Positions 25,514 to 37,496 of a stretch of 64,000 nt of DNA are shown here, piece by piece. The notes beneath the pieces were generated by a model. It was given only the letters and a program-made list of their open reading frames with translations. It searched no databases and had not been told where the DNA came from. Every line of letters starts with the position of its first letter. Positions within the stretch are counted from its first letter, which is position 1. The position numbers were made by a program, and so were the translations under genes. Origin of the DNA: Patellaria atrata CBS 101060 (lineage: Eukaryota); assembly GCA_010093705.1 (NCBI GenBank), contig MU006118.1, positions 121,906 through 185,905 on the forward strand, written 5' to 3'.

Positions 25514-28500
25514 ATGACAAGTAATGGTGTAAATGGCACTACAGAGCCTCTGGAGCGGAATGGCTCACCTGCTGTTCGTCCCAAGTCACCTCCAATCCAG
25601 AGCCCTGCTGCGAACCCATCGCTGGTGCCGCCTAAATCGTCTCCTACTCTAGAAGGTAAGGATCTGGGTGTAAGGTCTCCTCTCGCCAATGGAGACCGAC
25701 CCGACTCGTCTGGTACCGATCGTGACGCTCCGAACGATTCCGAGGCGGAGACTGTTGTGCTGAACGGCGAGGAATCGCCTCACAAAAAGCAAGGAAAAGC
25801 CGTGAAACACGAGCGCGACGATGAAGATGAGGATCTCGCAAGGCGCAAGAAGATGGCTAAGTCGGAACCTGCCTCGTCTTCAAAGCACTCAGAACCAGAG
25901 AGGAGACGATCCACAGAACCTGAAAAACCTTCTTCAAAGCCTCGTCTAGCATCTGAGAAGAGCGATGCTAAGAGGAACGGGTTGTCACGGTCCGAAAATA
26001 GCGGTAACCGTCAATCAGAACCTGTCGCTGCCCGTACGTCGAAAGCACAGTCATGGAAAGGTGCAGAACCTGCGTCAAACGAACAATTGCATTCCCCTAA
26101 GACAGAACCACCCAACTCCCCAGGATCACGCACAAAGCTCCAAGAGAGGAGCTCCTCTACTGTGGAGACCAAGAAACGAAAGATCCGCGAGGAGCATCAT
26201 CTCAAAAATATTGAGCCTCCACGCCAACGGCATCGCAGTGATGGTCCTGGGAAAGATTCAGCGGTTCATAGTCTGCGAAATCAACCTACCTCTCCTCCCA
26301 CTCCGAATGGTAGACCCCATCGTAGGTCACTCTCTACTCAAACCGTCCAGCAGCCCTTGGCGCAGACACGGAAGAGGAGAGACGTGGCAAACCTCAATAT
26401 TCATGATCACGACAGATACTCTGACTCGTCCTCCGAGACCTCTTCATCGCCTAGACCGCAACACCAAGCTGTACCTCGTCTTAAGCGTTCTTCACATCGA
26501 GCGTTGACATCACCCGTACGTGGGATGCCTCCGAAAAAGAACATTGATAGGTTTGGCGCTACAAGACTGGCAAGAGACTGCGAAAAGGGTGATCTTGAAC
26601 TGGTTAAGCAGGATTTTGAGTTGGCTCCAGAAGAGCTCGATCAGGTCGACTTCGCTGGAATTGCCCCTCTACAGAAAGCAGCGTTGAATGGTCATGCTGA
26701 TGTGGTGGAGTTTTTGATCAAGAAGGGTTGTAGAACTGATTGTATGTCTAGTGATCACGACACACCACTTATTGATGCTACTGAGAATGGCCATGTCGAT
26801 GTTGTTCGTCTTTTGTTGGAGGTTGGACATGTTAATCCTCATCATCAGAATCGTAAAGGTCAGAGAGCTCTAGATGCTATTGATGAGGATAATGAGGAGA
26901 CGGCCGAAGAACTCAAAGCTCTCCTCAACGAGTACATGCTTAAGGAACCCCTTGAAGAGAACGACAGTGCTAAGTCGACAACCCTTGCACAAGCTATGCA
27001 GAGCGAATCCGCTTCCAATCTTTTGTACAACGAATACAATGTGGAGACTTTGAGGGACAAAGCGGCAGAGGGCGATGTTGGAGCTGTAGCGCAATTGATC
27101 AGTGCGGACATCAAGCCGAACAATGCTTGTGGTATCGCTGCTTCTCGAGGAGGGCATGATGATGTCTTAAGTCTACTCTTAGCAGTCGGGCTTAAAGCTG
27201 ACCCTGACCCTGCAAAACACTCTGAGACGCCGATGACTGTTGCTATCGGCAGAGGGCATCTCAAAGTCATCACACTACTTCTGGACCAAGATAATTTCGA
27301 CCCCACCCGTCGAAATAGGGAAGGTAAGACGTATTGGGAGCTCTCTGAAGAACGACGTGGGCCTCGTTGGCAGCAGGAACGGGAATTGTTAAAGTTACGG
27401 TACGATTCGCACAAGACACAAAGAAGTCCGAATAGTAGAAGGAGACAGGCAGGTCAAGCCGCAAGTTCCAGCAAGCATCTCAAAAGGGAACAGGAAGCGC
27501 CTTCCCGTATGACGAAAGTCAAGACCGAAAGTTTAGAGAACGGAAAATCTTCTGTCCCAAAGGCTGCGGAACAGGTACCCCACAAAGCAAGAGGTCGTTT
27601 AATATCCGGAAAAGAATTATCAAGAGAAAGAGAAAAGCAACGACGGCGACGGCGTGTTGCTGAAGACTCATCTGATAGTGAAGTTGAGGAGACAAAGTCA
27701 GAGCCTCGGAGAACTGCTAGCGGCTCATCAGGGAAGTCGAGCAATATGTCTCCAGAAAGCAAATCATCTCCAGTAAAGCCTCTATCTCCTGCAGAGTCCA
27801 AGGAAGACGATGATATTATGGAAGACGACCCTCCACTCTCTTCAAAACGTTCAGGCGTGCCATTGGAGAAAGAGTCGAAAAGACATCAAGCGCAGCCACC
27901 GGTCACAAACAGTCCCGAACCGGTTGCAGTAGGGCCCTCTGCAGAGGAGAGACGAAAAGCCGAGATAATCGCGGAAAAAGAGAAGGAGAAGGCTGAGAAG
28001 GCGGAGCTTGAAGCAAGGATCAAGTCGGAACAAGAAGCAAGGCTTAAGGTCGAACAAGAAGCTAGGGATAAGGCAGAACTAGAAGCCAAGAAAAAGGCTG
28101 AAGAAGAAGCAGCAGCAGAACAAGCAAGGCTAATACAAGAGAAGAAAGCCAGAGAAGAGGAGGAAGAGCGGATAAAGCAAGAGAAAGAACAGCAGGAGCA
28201 AGCACGTAAGCAACAGGAAGAAGAGTACGCCCGGCAGAAAGCGGAACAAGCTCGCCGTGAAGAAGAGGAAGCACGAGCAGCTGCAGAACAAGCTAAACTT
28301 GAATCAGAACGTCAAGAACGTGAACGGATGGAGCGAGTAAAAAGACTAGAAGCGCTTCCTCGTGCTCTCAAGCGCGCTTTGAAATTGGGTCCTAATCGAC
28401 CTCTTCACTTTCGAGGCAATGAGATGGGAATATCGGTCAATTTCCTGCCTGTCCATACGGTATCGCTCTCTGATATTGATCCAAATTGCGATCCAGCCAC

Positions 28501-28924
28501 CAAGAATGAAGCATGGATGCTCAATTTCCAAGCCGTCGGCATCCTTGGTCTTCCCGAACTAGCTCTTTCGGAATATCCCGACTGGAAGCGGAGGGACACG
28601 ACAATGCGGCACCGAGAGCGGTTTCTAGAGTCATACGACCTCGCACAACTAGCTCAAGATGTCAGGTTCCCGGTTGAGGGCACGAAAGAATTCAACCTCG
28701 GTGAGATCATGAACATCATGAAAGAGACGAGGGAGAAGTTTCTGAGCATGGAACCGCTCTTTTGGGTCAGATTCGACGATTTCGAAAAAGTTGTACCGCA
28801 TTATAACCACTTGGATGGATTGAATAGCAATATACCCACCGTTACGTGTCATGTGGATGAGGTTTCGCCTGTTGGCTGCGAAAGCTTCCTAGATGTCGTG
28901 CTAGGGAAGGCTGTAAAGACTTGA
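25514..28924 (+). CDS. ankyrin-repeat protein with coiled coil, Hos4-like (Set3 HDAC complex)
   Basis: Single ~1136-aa ORF with ankyrin repeats (IAPLQKAALNGH, DTPLIDATENGH, ETPMTVAIGRGH), a disordered N-terminus and an E/R/A-rich coiled coil. The Hos4 assignment is by architecture only. Confidence 0.85.
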   Translation: MTSNGVNGTTEPLERNGSPAVRPKSPPIQSPAANPSLVPPKSSPTLEGKDLGVRSPLANGDRPDSSGTDRDAPNDSEAETVVLNGEESPHKKQGKAVKHERDDEDEDLARRKKMAKSEPASSSKHSEPERRRSTEPEKPSSKPRLASEKSDAKRNGLSRSENSGNRQSEPVAARTSKAQSWKGAEPASNEQLHSPKTEPPNSPGSRTKLQERSSSTVETKKRKIREEHHLKNIEPPRQRHRSDGPGKDSAVHSLRNQPTSPPTPNGRPHRRSLSTQTVQQPLAQTRKRRDVANLNIHDHDRYSDSSSETSSSPRPQHQAVPRLKRSSHRALTSPVRGMPPKKNIDRFGATRLARDCEKGDLELVKQDFELAPEELDQVDFAGIAPLQKAALNGHADVVEFLIKKGCRTDCMSSDHDTPLIDATENGHVDVVRLLLEVGHVNPHHQNRKGQRALDAIDEDNEETAEELKALLNEYMLKEPLEENDSAKSTTLAQAMQSESASNLLYNEYNVETLRDKAAEGDVGAVAQLISADIKPNNACGIAASRGGHDDVLSLLLAVGLKADPDPAKHSETPMTVAIGRGHLKVITLLLDQDNFDPTRRNREGKTYWELSEERRGPRWQQERELLKLRYDSHKTQRSPNSRRRQAGQAASSSKHLKREQEAPSRMTKVKTESLENGKSSVPKAAEQVPHKARGRLISGKELSREREKQRRRRRVAEDSSDSEVEETKSEPRRTASGSSGKSSNMSPESKSSPVKPLSPAESKEDDDIMEDDPPLSSKRSGVPLEKESKRHQAQPPVTNSPEPVAVGPSAEERRKAEIIAEKEKEKAEKAELEARIKSEQEARLKVEQEARDKAELEAKKKAEEEAAAEQARLIQEKKAREEEEERIKQEKEQQEQARKQQEEEYARQKAEQARREEEEARAAAEQAKLESERQERERMERVKRLEALPRALKRALKLGPNRPLHFRGNEMGISVNFLPVHTVSLSDIDPNCDPATKNEAWMLNFQAVGILGLPELALSEYPDWKRRDTTMRHRERFLESYDLAQLAQDVRFPVEGTKEFNLGEIMNIMKETREKFLSMEPLFWVRFDDFEKVVPHYNHLDGLNSNIPTVTCHVDEVSPVGCESFLDVVLGKAVKT

Positions 28925-30920
28925 GGATGCCGTATGGCTGATGTGACTACGAGAAGGGAGGATATGTTATACATTTGTGTGGAATAGCGTATATAATAGG
29001 TATCAGTCTCGGCTGTGCTGAGGCAATAATGCTATTCTTAATCACATAACCATCATTCCTGACCATGAATATTTGTGCGTGATGTAACTTTGGACCCTCT
29101 GGAAAATGGAAGGGACTTGGTGTATCAATTAAGCAGAATCAAGTAGGCTACCAAACTGCGTTCTGCTTGTACGTTGGATTATATACTTACCAGTGATCTT
29201 ACACGCAGAACTGGGAGTAACACTATACCGGTGTGTTGCGCAGTAAGAGCGCATTATAAGCTGGGACGCAATATCCTAACGCAATGTGCGTTTTCGAGAA
29301 GCATTTAGGTAGAACGATACTCCTGCCTCGACCCCCTTTAATATGCAATCCATGTTATTTCCATGTATCTTCCCTCAGCACACTGGGACGCTAATAGTGA
29401 CCTGTTTTCCAGCAGAACTACTTCCTTGTTTCCTGAAATGGTACTTCCCCAATGTCGCTTATACCTCGATTAAGAGGAAGGAGAGCCCACAGACCTAGGT
29501 ACCATAAACACACTATATCGTTGTTTATTGCCATATATCTCATGGTACTCGTTGAAGATCTCTTAAGGCTCTTTCTTTCATGGCGAAGAGAACGAAGAAG
29601 GTTTGATGACTGCAGTGAAGGTAGCAAAGTCTCATGCTGTTGTTTACTGAGTAACCCGGCAAGAACTGTGGATCAGCTTATGGGCGCTCTCTTAAATTGA
29701 GATTCCTCTCTCTTCTTCATTCTCCCAATTTCTCTTCTCGATTATCCAGATTCTTTTCACGTTCTCCAATCCAAGTCCTCTCCTTCGACCTCGAGTCTAT
29801 TCACCCTTTTCACCCTTGAAAGTTCCCTCTGCCTTCTACTCTGTTCTCAGTTGTTGGTATATGGAGAACATCTTGCAGAAGGACGATTTCTCTCTTAAGT
29901 CTCTATGCCGCTCGACTGGCTTTGGTGTGCCACTCCGGTGCAAGGCTCGCAATGGTGACCCCATACGTGGGCGTGGACTCAGTCACAGCGTAGAAACAAT
30001 GTCAACCAGCCCTCGGTCCATTGCAGATGCGCAGACGGCGGAGTCGTGAGTTGCTCGCTAGTCTCATCATAGTCCAATGCTGATAAAAAGTTCCCATCTC
30101 CAGCGCCATGTTACAGAGGAGGATACGGTTCTCAAGGCTTCACTTCCAATGAAGAGTACCACTTTTGTTTGATATCTATTTGCAATAGATCGCATGATGA
30201 TAAGACCGTGTCACCCTTCGAAGAGAATTGAAGAGGGCGAGGGGAGGTCGAGCTCTTTAACTATTTCGTCGTCGCACCCCACTCAGCAATCTTTTGCTGA
30301 TAAACGAAATTTTTCCACGCAGGATCCAGTGTTTCGATTAGTTCGCTATCATCCGATGGTTCAAAACCGTTACTTCGATTATTCATCTTCTCCTTATTTT
30401 TGTTTTTGTTTTTGTTTTATTCCGAAACGAACGCTCGCTCCACTCTCACCCACGCAGTTCCGTATTTCGACTTGGTGGTTTTCATCTTACGTCTTCTCGC
30501 CGTTTTATTCGAATGGAGGACTTTTGGAATTGTGTGCTGGTGCGAGTGCTTAGTAAAAACTGCTTTTGAACGAAATAGATATACCCAAATGAATACCAAT
30601 TTTTAGGCTTCTTCACAGCTTTACTTTACTTTTCTTCCTAGAAATTCTGCGTACTGTTTCCAACCCCAGTAGGGATAGATACCTCTCCTGAAGATGCAAA
30701 AGCTCCAACGATCGGATTAGGATTTAGTAACTCGATTCTGTAACATAGGTGAAATATCTCTTGGAAATCAGGAGGATGAAAAGGACTCGATAGTGCTTTA
30801 AGGACAGCGATTAATAAGGGATATTCAATGAGATCGTAGGCGCGAGTCATGCACCTGCTCTCCTCGTCATCTTCTCCAAGATACTCACCATCCTTCCAAA
30901 CTACCACACACTCCATAGTA

Positions 30921-31585
30921 ATGTCAATAATGTCCTCCCCTAATATCCTCATGACCAGCGCTCCTTACCACATCCTTAGGTTCGTTTTGCTAATCCCCCT
31001 TTCCCCATCTCCCCTCCGTACATACTACAAGTAACCCCACTAACCCCATATGCACACGACAGCTACGGCACCCTCCTCGGCAGCACCATCTTCCAGTCTT
31101 TCATCGGCGGCGTCATCGCCTTCAAGTCCCTCCCCCGCGCGCACTTCGGCCAGCTTCAGGAGAAGATCTTCCCGTACTATTTCAGCCTACAGACCGCGCT
31201 ACCGATCATACTCGCCGTGACGTACCCGTCGACGACAAATGCACTCGGCGCCACCATAGCACCTGGCGGAGTCGCCGGTGTCACCTCCGCAGGGAACTTC
31301 TGGGAGGTTCTGGTACCCGTGGTGGGCATGACTGTGAGCGCGGCCGTCAACTTGGTGGTGGTCGGGCCGGCAACCACGGAGGTAAGGAGGGAGCGCGTCC
31401 ATCTCGAGACGAAAGAAGGGCGGAAGCATGAGCAGACACCGCGCAGTGCCGAGATGGAGAAAATAACTAAGCGGTTCGGCATGCTGCATGGTGTGTCTAC
31501 TCTCTTGAATCTCTGGGGCCTGGTGGAGATGGCTCGGTATGGTGTTCATTTGTCGAGGCGGCTGCAATATAGCAAGGTCTTCTAA
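30921..31585 (+). CDS. TMEM205/DUF4149-like membrane protein (2 exons)
   Basis: APYHIL|SYGTLLGSTIFQSFIGGVIAFKSLPRAHFGQLQEKIFPYYF...FGMLHGVSTLLNL. Confidence 0.88.
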
Positions 31586-31904
31586 GACCACAACGACTAA
31601 AAATGATTTCGATATCTCAGAATACAGGCTTACCGCGGAGGATGGTATGGGGTGAAGTAGGGGGATACTGCTGGTAATTGTACAGACGCTAACTGAAAGC
31701 TATCTTGACACCTATGCTAAGACGGAGACTGCCTCAGCTAACTGCTTCGGTACCTACAGCTTCGCGCCGAAAAGATGGGATATGATGATTGTGAAATTAT
31801 AGCCGTTCCTAGAAGCAGATAGTCTAGTAAATAGATAACAATGATCTTAAGGTATTCTATCGGTCATTATATCATGAAACTCCCATAAACTAACCCATTC
31901 CCTA

Positions 31905-34125
31905 TCAACCCATCTCCACCCTTTCCCTAAGCGCCTTCCTAAACCCGTCCCTAAGCCGTTCCCAAACCGCTTCACTCTCCGGCGGTCTAGGGGTTGATTT
32001 CTCGACAACCTTCACCAACCCCTCCGCGCCAACCCCCCTCTCCTTCCCATCTACATCCATCTTGGCCGCCTCCCTAACCTGCTTGTCCGCACCCTTCCTC
32101 ACCGGTCCCTTTGCGTTACTGGGCGCGATTAGGGTACTGTCGAGTAAGTCTTGCCAGCGGGCTAGGTATATTCCCGGACCTAGCTTCGTCTGGGTGGACG
32201 ACATGGTGGCCCGTAGGCGGTCGACGGAGGAGGACGACAGTCGGGCGAGGTAGGATGCGTGGGCGTCCGCGGCATCTAAAATGGCTTTGCGATCTTCTTG
32301 TGGGAGATCCAAAATTAAGGAGGAGAGAGTCTGTGTCATGGAGCCCGCGCCCTCAACAATGTCGGACGTTTCAAGGGGCGCACGGAACTGCTTCACGGCG
32401 TGGTGAGCGTACTCCTTGAACCACCCCGTCATCTCGGGTCCATTTTTCGCGATCTGGTGCAAGAACTTGTGGCTAGACGGGATGTGGCGCTTGATCAATT
32501 TCACAAAATCCTCTACGGAAGGTGCTTTAGGCTTAGAGACGGACTTCTGTTGTTCTTTCTTGCTAAACGGAGGTGGGAGCTTAGCTACTTTGATGAGATC
32601 CGTGATGAAGCTCTCCGCGTCGGTGACGGTATCGGAGAGGTCTACGGCATTATGACATGCTCTAATTATAGGATCGTACGCGGTGACGAGGTCGCGTACG
32701 GCTTGAGTAAGGTGGTCTGGAGTGGAGCGGCAGAGGATCTTGGTCAGCATGTCGCGGTCGCGGATGGAGAGTTTTAGGGAGAAGTATTCAAGTGCTAGGG
32801 TGTGTTGGTCCGCGTTTAGAGGAGTGGATACGGAAGCGTTTTCGGATATTACGGTGACAACGGATTTGGATTCGTTACGGGATTGATCGCGGGTTTGTTC
32901 ATGTGCTTCTCGGGGCTTTTTGAGATAATCGTTTATTGCATCGAGATGTTCTTTGCTCGGGGCGTCTTTTTGCCTCTCGATTCTCTCGGCGCGCTTCTTG
33001 AGCTCCGTGGTGTCCCACCATAATGTGGTTGAAATGATTCTAGTACAGGGTATCAGTGAATTTAGGATTATTTTGGGAAATCCAGGCGTGCGGTCCGATG
33101 TATAACAGCAAGATAGAGACTTTAAATAATAAAATATGGAGGGGCTAGAAATCTAAATTTCCGGAAAAAAAGTTCATTATTAGGCTAAGGATACATTCAG
33201 ATGTGTTGCATGAAGAGGGAGCATAGCCTACTGTTGCATCAAGTTCATCCCTTCATCAGGGGCTTTAGTGAGTCCGACCCAGTTAGTAAACGCGGTTACA
33301 CTTAGTTTAGCAAGGCAGAGCCGGACCATTCCATTAATCATGGTAGCAGCATTACCAACACGGAGGGTCTGTCGTATAACTGAATAGGGGATGAGTCTAT
33401 GCAGGTTTTCGGCCATGCGCAGAATGGATTGACCGTCCGGGGACAGAACGAGAGTGTAATATAGAAAGGAGGCAATACTATCTTGGTGTTAGCGGGGTTT
33501 AGCAGCGAAGTTGTGCAGGAGAGATGGTTTGGAGATCATACTTAATGACAATATACTCGTGAGCAGCTTGTACTAGACTGGTGTGATCTTCCAGCTTGTC
33601 TGTTTCTGCACCTTTCTTCATTAATTCATCAATACCATTGCCATATATCAGGCTTTGCTGGAAGTCATCCCATCCTTGGAGCACATCTTCAGCTTTCGTA
33701 ACATCGTACTCTCTCTGTTTTAGCTCTCTCTTTGGATAACCTCCGAAGCAGCCACGAGCAGGATACTCAAATATAGCCGATAAAGCGGTTGCGAGTGTTT
33801 TCCGCGACCCGATGGCACCTTTATCATAACTTTCTGAAAGCTCTGCAGCAGCAAGATCAGCAACGATACTCCTCACTCTCGTCTGCCAGAATTCCGTCGA
33901 CACGTCGCGTAATCCAGGGAGTGGTAAGGCAAATTTTGACAGTAAAGTCTGGAGTAGGGGTGAGGTCGAAACGGTGCCTTTCTCCGATTGAAATGGCGGT
34001 CCATAATGGTCTATTGCGTCCGGCCATTTGAAGTTTTCTATCTCGGAATAAGTCTCATGATGGGCAAGAATATCAAAGAGGGCTTGCGCCTGGGAGGGCG
34101 TGAGCTGGGTAGATGAAGATGACAT
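31905..34125 (-). CDS. PX-associated (PXB)/DUF3818 domain protein (3 exons)
   Basis: LTPSQAQALFDILAHHETYSEIE, LSESYDKGAIGSRKTLAT, LIPYSVIRQTLRVGNAATMING, YDPIIRACHNAVDLS. Confidence 0.87.
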
Positions 34126-34290
34126 GGAGATTTTATGAGCATGGCTACGGATAAGTTTGGGCTTTTACTTTTTTGTCTTGCATGCTCAGCCTTTCATGAT
34201 CGATGACGTCCTAACGGAAGGGTCCGTCGCTTCGGCTTCGGCTTCGGCGCATAAAAACCGTGCTTTGTCCAATGCGGGATTAGTTGCAAA

Positions 34291-34306
34291 CTAGTTCTAG
34301 AACTAG
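34291..34306. promoter_or_regulatory. perfect 16-bp palindrome CTAGTTCTAGAACTAG containing an HSE core (TTCnnGAA)
   Basis: About 165 bp upstream of the PX-associated gene ATG. Only two nGAAn units are present. Confidence 0.35.
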
Positions 34307-34556
34307 GGCAGGTACAGCCGTACAGCCGGATATATATATATATATTTCCTGTTTTATACATTTATATGGTACTGAGAGTACTTTAAAGTGCGGTATTATC
34401 AGCTAAGTGCAGTCATTAAACCTGAAATTAATTATCTTATCATGATCAGAGAGGTCTTAATGTAATGGAAGATAAGGTATCATCAAGGCGTTATAAAAAG
34501 ACAACCACATGCTCTGACTAAGCAGAAACCCCTTTTCCCAATCTCAACTCAAAGAA

Positions 34557-36490
34557 CTAAGGCTGAGCCCTTTTCAACACCTTGTCCACCATGAAGGCAC
34601 TGTAACCCAAATAACGGAGGGGATCGCACAACTTCTCGAGTTCTTCTCGCTTCATTTCCTTACTAACCTCTTCATGTTCACAGAGCAGCTCAATCAACGG
34701 CCTATTCTCCAGAGTAGCCTTTCGACAGACCTCGTAGATCACCTCGTGAGCATACTGTCTTCCTATTATTTTACCCAGTTTCATCATCACCGCTTCGCTA
34801 ACTATACGACCTCTCGTAATGGCCAGATTCGCTTTCATTCTGTCTTCATCTACCTCAAGGCCCTCGATGAGTCCTTTTGTCATCTTCAGAATATCGCATG
34901 TGAGTGTGGATATCTGTGGCAATACAATCCCTTCGATTTCACGCGAACTTGAATCTCGCTCGTGGTCCGCAATCATCGCATCGAAGAGATTAGCGCTGAG
35001 GTGTCTAACAGTGGACGCCATGGCAGTAATATGCGTACAACTGATGGGATTCATCATGTGCGGCATGGTTGTGGACGACCCCCGCTGTGAAACATACGGC
35101 TCACTGACTTCTCCCACTTCCGTCTGCATCATGGATTTAACGTCGAGTGCAAATTTGGAGCATGTAGATGTGAGTTGCGCACAGAGCGATCCAAATTCGG
35201 CAATGGAGTCTCGCTCGGTATGCCATGCTATATCTGGTACGGAAAGCCCAAGCTCTTCTGCTAATAGCCTTTGGCAATCCATTCCTAGCTCAGGGTCTTC
35301 AGGGGTTAATAGCAATGTGGCAAGAGTGCCAGCAGCACCAGAGAATTCGAGCACAAGCAGTCTTGGACAAAGATCATCCAGTCGATCCTGGTGTCGCTGG
35401 AATGTTGCCAGAATACGAGCAAGCTTAAACCCGAAGGAAATTGGGACCGCTTGCTGGAGGTTCGAACGAGCTGGCAAAGGAGTCGTTTTGTACCTTTTAC
35501 ACAATTCTTGAAGATTGGCCATGATATTATCCAGCTCAAATTGGATTATCTCGAGCGTATCTCGAAGCTGAAGAACAGTTGCAGTATCTGTCACGTCTTG
35601 GGTTGAGGCACCCCAATGAGCCCATTCCCCCAACGCAGCACGAGGTTTGACAGAATTGACCTCTTTCACTAATCATTATTTGTGAGCATTACTCTAACGC
35701 CGGATCTCCTAATCAATCACGAACCGATATGTTGGACCACTCCTACAACTGAAAAGCCGGTAAGTTCTGTTGATTCTTTTAGAGTGGCGTACGGTATGCT
35801 CCCAAATCTGTTCCCGAAAATCCCACCCCCATTTGGCGCGCAGAATTTAGCAATCTCGTCAGCCGCTTGCTGTGGTATGATACCAAGTTTGGCTTGCACT
35901 TTAGCGAGTGCCATTTCAAACTTCAGATAGTAATTTACCCTCGTCGTCTCGCCCCAAATTAAACCGGTGGAGGAGAAATGGCCCCCAAAGCCTCTGGAGG
36001 CGGTGTTTCCAAAAAGGCCAGAAGAAGTCTTCCTAGTCCTAGAGGTGCTCCCGAACGTACCAGAGGAAGCATTCCCGAAAAGTCCGGAGGAAGTATTCTC
36101 AGAAGTTCCAGTGGAAGTGTTCCCGAAAAGCCCGGACGAAGGGTTCGAGGAGGCGCTGCCGAAAAGTCCCGAGGAAGTGTTCCCGGCAGCACCGAAAAGG
36201 CTGGGAGGGTTTCCAGAAGCACCAGAGGTGTTTCCAAACAGGCCCGAGGAAGTGTTCCCGGCAGTACCGAAAAGGCTAGGAGGGTTTCCAGAAGCACCAG
36301 AGGTGTTTCCGAACAGGCCAGAGGAACCTGAAGTGTTTCCGGCAGTCCTCGAGGGAAGATTACCGAAAAAGCCCAAGGAAGTCTTCTCGGTATTCTTTGA
36401 TGAGGTGTTCCCGAAAACCCCTGATGTTCCAGAGGAAGTGTTCCCGGGTGCACCGGACGAACTATTTCCAAAACCTTCAGAAGAGGACAT
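34557..36490 (-). CDS. FG/GLFG-repeat N-terminus fused to a fumarate-lyase superfamily (3-carboxy-cis,cis-muconate cycloisomerase/adenylosuccinate lyase-like) domain (2 exons)
   Basis: Lyase motifs FEMALAKVQAKLGIIP, HWGASTQDVTDTA, ARSNLQQAVPISFG, GAAGTLA, WHTERD, QTEVGEVSEP and signature GSSTTMPHMMNP. About 13 FG motifs lie in the first ~170 aa, in the same frame. One intron at about 35670-35724. Confidence 0.9.
36171..36320. repeat. 75-bp tandem duplication inside the FG-repeat exon
   Basis: Copies 36171-36245 and 36246-36320 differ at 4 positions. Confidence 0.95.
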
Positions 36491-37496
36491 AACTTATCAA
36501 TTGTTGAAAATGACCTTGTTGGAATCAATATTGGGGTGGGATGTCATCTAGTTATACACTCAATACCCCGGTTGCGCCCCTTCATCGGTAAGCCGAGTGG
36601 CTTTCTATTCCGTGCGCGATAGGGTAAGGAAGCGCCCGTGGTGGGGCGTCGTCTCGTTCTGCATCGAAATCCATCGTAACGGAACTTTTATTTTCAAATG
36701 ATACACGGCAAAAGGTAATATGAGATCGTTATAGACAACTTTACTGCACAGTCACCTTAATAAGGTACAGTATACACTTCCCATGTTAGGCACACTCCTA
36801 TTTCTAAAGCCCCACAGCGAACCACAGGTACATATTGTACACTACGCGAAGATACTCGAATACTAGCAAGTCCCATTTTCACCACGTAAGGTATATAACT
36901 TCTCGATTCTCATTCACTGCTATTTCCAGTCTTATCTCATCAATCTGGAGAAAGGAGCGTTGTGTACCTTACCTTATACTTCTTTCCCCACCTCTCCCCC
37001 AACCTCCTGACCCTTTAGCATTGTTTCCCCTTTCCCTCAAAGTTTAGAGTACGCTTCCTCTTCCCCTCCGTTGTCACTTTCCTAGTCTACTTTTTGCGAT
37101 ATCCTTTCCTATTGCGCACCGACACGAAGCCGGCATGATCCATACATACTCTTATGGTTGTAGTGATGGAAGGATTGATCCTTGTTTCCATCTCAACCGT
37201 ACCGTACTGTCTTGATTCGCCTGTTGAATGATGCGAGAGTTCCGGAAAGGATCGTATGTCAGGCGGTAATCAGCAGATGCCTCAGTATATCATAGAGCAA
37301 CTGTTTCAATGTTGGGAAATAACTGTACGAGGAATCCTACCAAATTCACCCCTGCTTCAACAGCTCAGGCCCTGTGAAGGGAAGTCTATAAGTACTGCAT
37401 GCCCCAGCGCTTGAAAACAAGCAGAAGAGAATTGATCAAGTTTTGTCATTCCTCGAAGGTATTCTCCGAAAAGGACAACTTCGATTACTCAGCACC

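Noticed and set aside
35959..36551. Antisense and alternative-frame ORFs (PEEVFP repeats etc.) over the FG exon
   Set aside because: They are shadows of stop-poor repetitive sequence. Only the FG frame continues into the lyase domain.
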